From: Macrostomum hystrix | Taxonomy: Eukaryota; Animalia; Platyhelminthes | Reading direction: 5' to 3' | Length of the DNA: 64,000 nucleotides | Assembly: GCA_950097015.1 (NCBI GenBank) | Contig: CATNEN010000025.1 | Location: forward strand, 1,240,001-1,304,000 | Part shown: one piece after another, positions 54,285 through 64,000 of the stretch | Numbering within the stretch: position 1 is the stretch's first letter | How the letters are laid out: every line of letters begins with the position of its first letter | Position numbers and translations under genes: made by a program | Notes under the pieces: model-generated | The model's input: the letters and a program-made list of their open reading frames with translations, nothing else | Databases searched by the model: none | Told to the model about the DNA's origin: nothing

Positions 54285-54560
54285 CGCTGTCTCGGCGTCC
54301 GCTCCTTCTGCCTCGGCGCCCGCTCTCGCTGTCTCGGCGCCCGCTCTCGCTGTCTCGGCGCCCGCTCTCGCTGTCTCGGCGCCCGCTCTCGCTGTCTCGG
54401 CGCCCGCTCTCGCTGTCTCGGCGCCCGCTCTCGCTGTCTCGGCGCCCGCTCTCGCTGTCTCGGCGCCCGCTCTCGCTGTCTCGGCGCCCGCTCTCGCTGT
54501 CTCGGCGCCCGCTCCTTCTGCCTCGGCGCCCGCTCTCGCTGTCTCGGCGCCCGCTCTTGC
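54285..54560. repeat. 21-bp GC-rich minisatellite
   Basis: gcgcccgctctcgctgtctcg. Confidence 0.93.
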
Positions 54561-55137
54561 GGCCTCGGCCCTCGCTGCAGCGGCCTTTAGCGCTCGCTCC
54601 CACCGCCTTCAGCGCTCGCTCCCACCGCCTTCAGCGCCCGCTCCTCAGCATCATCTCCGCCTCGCCGAGCACCCGGGGCCTAGCTCAGTGCTGGGGGAAG
54701 CTATGTGGCGGACAGTCAACACTCGACCGGCCAGCAACAGTGCAGCCGCACCCAAACCCCTCAACCTCAGTCTAGTTGAGGTGGGGGTTGGTGCACCCAG
54801 CCAGCCGGCTCGCTAAGCCGGGTGTGAGAAGTCACGCCACCATTTCGCACCTCCCTAGGCCCCTCTATCTCGCTCTCGCGTTTGCTGTAAATATAAATAT
54901 ACGTGCCATGCAGCACACAAACTTCGCTGCCACTCCAACTTCGTAAACAAAAGGCCTTCCGCCTTAGTGTACATTTTTTTAACTTCTGCCAACTTCAGTC
55001 CGTGGACTGGGCAGGCCACCTCACCCACCCCATTCAAAATTCTTACCCTCAGATGATGCTGGCAACAGCTGCGGAAAAGACACGGGGGAATTTCAAAAAC
55101 CCAGCCTACTTTCCGGTAGCTCCCAAACCGAATGACC

Positions 55138-55525
55138 GATTTTCGTGAAAGTCCACCATCTGGATCAACATTTTCCACCCTTTGCGATGAAACTAGCTTT
55201 CAAAGCCATCCGACATCACCATCGTTGAGATATTTAGTGATTTTTGTCGAATACCCACATGACAAGGAAAACTAACAATGCTCTGTATAAACATCTACGA
55301 CGAATCCATCTAGTTTCAATATTGCAATAATTAACTCTATATTACCAACAGCATAATCAATTAACAGCATTAGCCGGCATGGTCAAATGATGAAATTTAT
55401 GCCCCCTATCTAGAATTGTTTTCTTTGCCATCAGACACCCTGACGAGAGTCGTTGAATACCTCGACGATGCCGATGTTTTGTTATTCTGGAAGTTGTTTC
55501 ATCGAATAGAGCGGAAAATTTGAGT
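55138..55525. repeat. Dispersed repeat, longer copy of 39302-39458
   Basis: Same blocks in the same order with roughly 200 bp extra in the middle. Confidence 0.7.
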
Positions 55526-56074
55526 CCGAATGCTGCATTTTCATGCAGATTGGTTGAATATTTAAATAGATGCAGAAGAAAAGAAAAAGGAGGGTGCTTT
55601 CAGAAACACAAAATTTCATATTCCCAAAATGATGACTTTGGGCTTTGTCAAGGACACAAATAGTCTCATTTTTGGTTGATATCAGAATCTTTGATCCATA
55701 GCTGAGTTGAAAAAGTGCCCATCGTTTTGTCTGTTCTCACACCCTGCGACACGGCTGCGGCCCAGGAGGATTCCGCTGCGAGCTAGCCAATCAATTCAAG
55801 GATTAGACCAGACAGTCGCCTTTCCCTAGTGCATGGAGACAGTCTCAGCAATGGGCCAAAAGTATAGTACACCAAAGTCGCCAATCTGATTTGAACGGGA
55901 GGTCTTGGCCGAGCAGAGCCAGAGCTCTATCGAGCTGTCTTCCAATAGAAGATTGACTGCTTTCTCAACGAGCGGACTTTAACAAACCCCGAAGCCTCAT
56001 GCAAATTGGTAAACAAGACGCCATGACCTAGAATGCTGAAGCCTTACAAACATTATTGCAAATTATAGCTTAAT

Positions 56075-59000
56075 TAACCAGTAACTTCATGAACCAGTAA
56101 CTTAATTAACCAGAAACTTCATGAAACAGTAACTTTATGAACCAGAAACTTCATGAACCAGTAACTCTATGAACCAGAAACTTCATGAACCAGTAACTCT
56201 ATGAACCAGAAACTTCATGAACCAGTAACTCCATGAACCAGAAACTTCATGAACCAGTAACTCTATGAACCAGAAACTCTATGAACCAGAAACTTCATGA
56301 ACCAGTAACTCTATGAACCAGAAACTTCATGAACCAGTAACTACATGAACCAGAAACTTCACGAACCAGAAACTTCATGAATCAGTAACTTCATGAACCT
56401 GAAACTTCATGAACCAGAAACTTCATGAATCAGTAACTTCATGAACCAGTAACTCTATGAACCAGAAACTACATGAACCAGAAACTTCATGAACCAGTAA
56501 CTCTATGACCCAGAAACTACATGAACCAGAAACTACATGAACCAGAAACTTCATGAACCAGAAACTTCATGAACCAGAAACTCTATGAACCAGAAACTAC
56601 ATGAACCAGAAACTACATTAACCAGAAACTTCATGAACCAGAAACTTCATGAACCAGAAACTTCATGAACCAGAAACTCTATGAACCAGAAACTACATGA
56701 ACCAGAAACTCCATGAACCAGAAATTTCATGAACCAGAAACTCCATGAACCAGAAACTTCATGAATCAGTAACTTCATGAACCAGAAACTTCATGAACCA
56801 GAAACTTCATGAACCAGAAACTTCATGAACCAGAAACTCCATGAACCAGAAACTCCATTAACCAGAAACTTCATGAACCAGAAACTTCATGAACCAGAAA
56901 CTCTATGAACCAGAAACTACATGAACCAGAAACTTCATGAACCAGAAACTTCATGAACCAGAAACTACATGAACCAGAAACTACATGAACCAGAAACTTC
57001 ATGAACCAGAAACTTCATGAACCAGAAACTCTATGAACCAGAAACTACATGAACCAGAAACTCCATGAACCAGAAACTTCATGAACCAGAAACTTCATGA
57101 ACCAGAAACTTCATGAACCAGAAACTCCATGAACCAGAAACTCCATGAACCAGTAACTCTATGACCCAGAAACTACATGAACCAGAAACTACATGAACCA
57201 GAAACTTCATGAACCAGAAACTTCATGAACCAGAAACTCTATGAACCAGAAACTCCATGAACCAGAAATTTCATGAACCAGAAACTCCATGAACCAGAAA
57301 CTTCATGAACCAGAAACTTCATGAACCAGAAACTTCATGAACCAGAAACTCCATGAACCAGAAACTCCATGAACCAGAAACTTCATGAACCAGAAACTCC
57401 ATGAACCAGAAACTCCATGAACCAGTAACTCTATGACCCAGAAACTACATGAACCAGAAACTACATGAACCAGAAACTTCATGAACCAGAAACTTCATGA
57501 ACCAGAAACTCTATGAACCAGAAACTACATGAACCAGAAACTCCATGAACCAGAAACTCCATGAACCAGAAACTTCATGAACCAGAAACTTCATGAACCA
57601 GTAACTTCATGAACCAGAAACTTCATGAACCAGTAATTTCATGAACCAGAAACTCTATGAACCAGAAACTTCATGAACCAGAAACTCCATGAACCAGAAA
57701 CTTCATGAACCAGTAATTTCATGAACCAGAAACTTCATGAACCAGAAACTTCATGAACCAGAAACTTCATGAACCAGAAACTACATGAACCAGAAACTCC
57801 ATGAACCAGAAATTTCATGAACCAGAAACTCCATGAACCAGAAACTTCATGAACCAGAAACTTCATGAACCAGAAACTTCATGAACCAGAAACTCCATGA
57901 ACCAGTAACACTATGAACCAGAAACTACATGAACCAGAAACTTCATGAATCAGTAACTTCATGAACCAGAAACTTCATGAACCAGAAACTACATGAACCA
58001 GAAACTACATGAACCAGAAACTACATGAATCAGTAACTTCATGAACCAGAAACTTCATGAACCAGAAACTTCATGAACCAGAAACTACATGAACCAGAAA
58101 CTCTATGAACCAGAAACTCCATGAACCAGTAATTTCATGAACCAGAAACTTCATGAACCAGTAACTTCATGAACCAGAAACTTCATGAACCAGAAACTTC
58201 ATGAACCAGAAACTTCATGAACCAGAAACTCTATGAACCAGAAACTCTATGAACCAGAAACTCCATGAACCAGTAATTTCATGAACCAGAAACTTCATGA
58301 ACCAGTAACTTCATGAACCAGTAACTTCATGAACCAGAAACTTCATGAACCAGTAATTTCATGAACCAGAAACTCTATGAACCAGAAACTTCATGAACCA
58401 GAAACTTCATGAACCAGAAACTTCATGAACCAGAAACTACATGAACCAGAAACTTCATGAACCAGTAATTTCATGAACCAGAAACTACATGAACCAGAAA
58501 CTACATGAATCAGTAACTTCATGAACCAGAAACTTCATGAACCAGAAACTACATGAACCAGAAACTTCATGAACCAGAAACTCCATGAACCAGAAACTTC
58601 ATGAACCAGTAACTCTATGACCCAGAAACTACATGAACCAGAAACTTCATGAACCAGAAACTACATTAACCAGAAACTTCATGAACCAGAAACTTCATGA
58701 ACCAGAAACTTCATGAACCAGAAACTCCATGAACCAGAAACTTCATGAACCAGAAACTTCATGAACCAGAAACTTCATGAACCAGAAACTTCATGAACCA
58801 GAAACTCCATGAACCAGAAACTCCATGAACCAGTAACTCTATGACCCAGAAACTACATGAACCAGAAACTACATGAACCAGAAACTTCATGAACCAGAAA
58901 CTTCATGAACCAGAAACTCTATGAACCAGAAACTCCATGAACCAGAAATTTCATGAACCAGAAACTCCATGAACCAGAAACTTCATGAACCAGAAACTTC

Positions 59001-61417
59001 ATGAACCAGAAACTTCATGAACCAGAAACTCCATGAACCAGAAACTCCATGAACCAGAAACTTCATGAACCAGAAACTCCATGAACCAGAAACTCCATGA
59101 ACCAGTAACTCTATGACCCAGAAACTACATGAACCAGAAACTACATGAACCAGAAACTTCATGAACCAGAAACTTCATGAACCAGAAACTCTATGAACCA
59201 GAAACTACATGAACCAGAAACTCCATGAACCAGAAATTTCATGAACCAGAAACTCCATGAACCAGAAACTTCATGAACCAGAAACTTCATGAACCAGAAA
59301 CTTCATGAACCAGAAACTCCATGAACCAGTAACACTATGAACCAGAAACTACATGAATCAGTAACTTCATGAACCAGAAACTTCATGAACCAGAAACTTC
59401 ATGAACCAGAAACTACATGAACCAGAAACTCTATGAACCAGAAACTCCATGAACCAGTAATTTCATGAACCAGAAACTTCATGAACCAGTAACTTCATGA
59501 ACCAGAAACTTCATGAACCAGAAACTCTATGAACCAGAAACTCTATGAACCAGAAACTCCATGAACCAGTAATTTCATGAACCAGAAACTTCATGAACCA
59601 GAAACTACATGAACCAGAAACTCTATGAACCAGAAACTTCATTAACCAGAAACTTCATGAACCAGAAACTCTATGAACCAGAAACTCTATGAACCAGAAA
59701 CTACATGAACCAGAAACTCCATGAACCAGAAACTCCATGAACCAGAAACTTCATGAACCAGTAATTTCATGAACCAGAAACTCTATGAACCAGAAACTTC
59801 ATGAACCAGAAACTCTATGAACCAGAAACTTCATGAACCAGTAATTTCATGAACCAGAAACTTCATGAACCAGAAACTTCATGAACCAGAAACTTCATGA
59901 ACCAGAAACTACATGAACCAGAAACTTCATGAACCAGTAATTTCATGAACCAGAAACTCTATGAACCAGAAACTTCATTAACCAGAAACTTCATGAACCA
60001 GAAACTCTATGAACCAGAAACTCTATGAACCAGAAACTACATGAACCAGAAACTCCATGAACCAGAAACTTCATGAACCAGAAACTCCATGAACCAGAAA
60101 CTTCATGAACCAGTAATTTCATGAACCAGAAACTCTATGAACCAGAAACTTCATGAACCAGAAACTCTATGAACCAGAAACTTCATGAACCAGTAATTTC
60201 ATGAACCAGAAACTTCATGAACCAGAAACTTCATGAACCAGAAACTTCATGAACCAGAAACTACATGAACCAGAAACTTCATGAACCAGTAATTTCATGA
60301 ACCAGAAACTACATGAACCAGAAACTACATGAATCAGTAACTTCATGAACCAGAAACTTCATGAACCAGAAACTTCATGAACCAGAAACTTCATGAACCA
60401 GTAATTTCATGAACCAGAAACTTCATGAACCAGAAACTCCATGAACCAGAAACTTCATGAACCAGAAACTACATTAACCAGAAACTTCATGAACCAGAAA
60501 CTTCATGAACCAGAAACTTCATGAACCAGAAACTACATGAACCAGAAACTTCATGAACCAGTAATTTCATGAACCAGAAACTTCATGAACCAGAAACTTC
60601 ATGAACCAGAAACTTCATGAACCAGAAACTTCATGAACCAGAAACTTCATGAACCAGAAACTTCATGAACCAGAAACTACATTAACCAGAAACTTCATGA
60701 ACCAGAAACTTCATGAACCAGAAACTTCATGAACCAGAAACTTCATGAACCAGAAACTACATGAACCAGAAACTTCATGAACCAGTAATTTCATGAACCA
60801 GAAACTTCATGAACCAGAAACTTCATGAACCAGTAATTTCATGAACCAGAAACTACATGAACCAGAAACTTCATGAACCAGTAATTTCATGAACCAGAAA
60901 CTTCATGAATCAGTAACTTCATGAACCAGAAACTTCATGAACCAGAAACTTCATGAACCAGAAACTTCATGAACCAGAAACTACATGAACCAGAAACTTC
61001 ATGAACCAGTAATTTCATGAACCAGAAACTTCATGAATCAGTAACTTCACGAACCTGAAACTTCATGAACCAGAAACTACATGAACCAGAAACTTCATGA
61101 ACCAGAAACTTCATGAACCAGAAACTACATTAACCAGAAACTTCATGAACCAGAAACTTCATGAACCAGAAACTACATGAACCAGAAACTTCATGAACCA
61201 GTGATTTCATGAACCAGAAACTTCATGAACCAGAAACTTCATGAACCAGAAACTTCATGAACCAGAAACTACATGAACCAGAAACTTCATGAACCAGAAA
61301 CTACATGAACCAGAAACTACATGAACCAGAAACTTCATGAACCAGTAACTTTATGAACCAGAAACTTCATGAACCAGAAACTTCATGAACCAGAAACTTC
61401 ATGAACCAGTAACTTCC
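56075..61417. repeat. 5.3-kb satellite of 16-bp units
   Basis: cttcatgaaccagaaa with ctac/ctcc/ctct/gtaa variants. Confidence 0.98.
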
Positions 61418-62189
61418 AGATTACACATTTTGTGAACACTGAAATGTATTTTTAAAAAGTTGTGCAAACAAATTTTTTTGTTTCGACGCGAAATTTCCAG
61501 TGAATCTTCTCTGAAACTTTTTGTTTAGGAATATTTAGCCCAATTAATTAAAAATATTTCTTAGACACGAAAAAGTTGCTTCGTCTTAATTTTAGTGACC
61601 TTAATTTCAACCACATGCTTGTTGACATTTTTGGCGACTTGAAGTGTGAGAAGAGGATGTATTTTTCCGCTAAAACCTTCATGAAATTCTAGTGTGTGCG
61701 TCACAGCCCTATCCCTTGCATTCTATTTATAGTGTTTCATTCAAATTGCTACATTTTTACTTCAGTCAAAAAGCAGGCAGGGCATAGAATGTATTAGAAA
61801 GAAAAGTTAAAAAAAGTGGGGATTAAAAAAATTGTGTAGTTCTGCAATCACTGTGTTAGAGAACAGTTCTTGAAAGACTGCAGTCGATCTTTTTAAATAT
61901 GAATTTGGCAATAGTCAGCACCACTTTTCCGATTGAAATTTTTTTGTGCAAGACGTCAGATGACCTAGCGGTGGTCATAGGAAAGCATGAAGGAACGACC
62001 TTCAGAATTACCCTTTAAATAACGTCATGATAACTACTCGTGAATACGAAAAAAAAAATTTTTACTGCGACAATTAAAGTTTAATAGTTTAATTGAGTAA
62101 TGACTACCAAAGTTGGGTAATGATGATTTCAATGATATAATGACCATTGTGACCATTTCGGCTATTAGGAACAGGTTAGTAATCACCAT

Positions 62190-62520
62190 TGGAATGAGAT
62201 AATGACCGTTTTGAATCGGGCAATAACCATTTTGAATGGGGTAGTGACCATTTTGAATCGAGTAATGACCATTTTGAATTGGGTAATGACCATTTTGAAT
62301 CGAGTAATGACCCTTTTGAATTGTGTAATGACCATTCTGAATCGGGTAATGACCAATCTGGATCGGGTAATGACCATTTTGAATCGGGTAATGACCATTC
62401 TGAATCGTGTAATGACCAATCTGAATCGGGTAATGACCTTTTGAATGACGTGACCGTTTTGAATTGGGTAATGACAAGTTTTAATAGGGTAATGACCATT
62501 TTGAATTGGGTAATGACCCA
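62190..62520. repeat. 21-bp minisatellite
   Basis: gtaatgaccattttgaatcgg. Confidence 0.92.
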
Positions 62521-63269
62521 ATTGGAGTAATTCAATGACTATAAGAATGCAGAAATCTCGTCACTAAAATAAATCCACTTCACTCTGTTCCTTTTGTTTA
62601 GCCCTGTTAAACCTTCAAGTGCACAATGCCTGTCATAGTTTGTTCATTCATGCGTAACTGAATGCTAGGGAAAAGTACAAGTACAGAATGTTGAGTTTAG
62701 GATTTTTATATAAGAAATCCCCTTGCCTTCTAGAGTCGACAACTCAGCCAGTAATCCATAATTATCCCAGAAATAATTTCCCAAAAAAAGAAAATTCCTA
62801 GCGGGCACTAAGATTTCTCACCTCAACTTCAGCAATACCTTTATTGTCTTGGCTCTGAATCATGTGACAATAGAAAATATATGGCGATACTCATTGTTAA
62901 GTACTTTCCTCTTCTAATCTGTGCTTCCCACTGATACTTGTGAACTCAAATATAAGTGAACACAAATCCTTACAGTTGCGCCATATTTTTCTGTCTGATT
63001 AAATAACGATCATAACAATAGCTTTTCTTAGCATATCTTACGGTTGTACGTTGCCAAGGCCAACGAAGAAGATTTCAATAAAGAATAGAAGATCTTGGCG
63101 CACCCAAGATGCGCTCAGTTGTACTTTAGCGCATTGTTGGTTGGTTCACAGTGTCGGGGTGGGGTAAATACAAACGGATCGGGGCGCGGTGAGTCAAATT
63201 GCCTTGCTTACAGCCGGTGAGAGTAGAGCAAATATGTGCATATCGTTCTCAAATAATTTGCCTGCAGAT

Positions 63270-64000
63270 AGCACAGACAGACACAGAACAGGGACACAGA
63301 ACAGGATACACACAGAACAGGGACACAGAACAGGATACACACAGAACAGGGACACAGAACATGGACACAGAACAGGATACACACAGAACAGGATACACAC
63401 AGAACAGGGACACAGAACAGGATACACACAGAACAGGGACACAGAACAGGATACACACAGAACAGGGACACAGAACAGGGACACAGAACATGGACACAGA
63501 ACATGGACACAGAACAGGATACACACAGAACAGGATACACACAGAACAGGGACACAGAACAGGATACACACAGAACAGGGACACAGAACAGGATACACAC
63601 AGAACAGGGACACAGAACAGGGACACAGAACATGGACACAGAACATGGACACAGAACAGGATACACACAGAACAGGATACACACAGAACAGGGACACAGA
63701 ACAGGATACACACAGAACAGGGACACAGAACAGGATACACACAGAACAGGATACACACAGAACAGGATACACACAGAACAGGATACACACAGAACAGGAT
63801 ACACACAGAACAGGATACACACAGAACAGGGACACAGAACATGGACACAGAACAGGGACACAGAACATGGACACAGAACATGGACACAGAACATGGACAC
63901 AGAACAGGATACACACAGAACAGGGACACAGAACAGGGACACAGAACAGGATACACACAGAACAGGATACACACAGAACAGGATAAACACAGAACAGGGA
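63270..64000. repeat. 12/16-bp compound repeat, truncated by the window edge
   Basis: ggacacagaaca / ggatacacacagaaca. Confidence 0.95.

Noticed and set aside
55432-55475. Hammerhead ribozyme-like CTGACGA + GTCG/CGAC stem
   Set aside because: The required GAAA after stem II is absent (GATG) and stems I/III could not be formed.

Overview
Eukaryotic (animal) genomic DNA with GC-rich exons and introns packed with tandem repeats. The style is reminiscent of a flatworm such as Macrostomum; this is inference only. Three spliced genes can be assembled by hand with GT-AG junctions and consistent phases. (1) Minus strand 17620-3713, 8 exons, about 1178 aa: a diacylglycerol lipase (DAGLA/inaE family) homolog whose GHSLG nucleophile motif reads GHGVSG and whose RGT oxyanion motif is lost, so probably a pseudoenzyme. 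(2) Plus strand 24611-37261, 11 exons including an 18-nt microexon, about 753 aa: a coiled-coil protein resembling CCDC154. (3) Minus strand 48476-42327, at least 2 exons: a rhodopsin-family peptide GPCR of the vasopressin/oxytocin-NPS/CCAP group, with an unresolved start codon. Much of the remaining sequence is about 30 micro/minisatellite arrays, tRNA-derived SINEs and decayed LINE fragments. Most long ORFs in the supplied track are repeat artefacts. No CRISPR, rRNA or intact tRNA was found. Family assignments rest on remembered motifs, not database searches.
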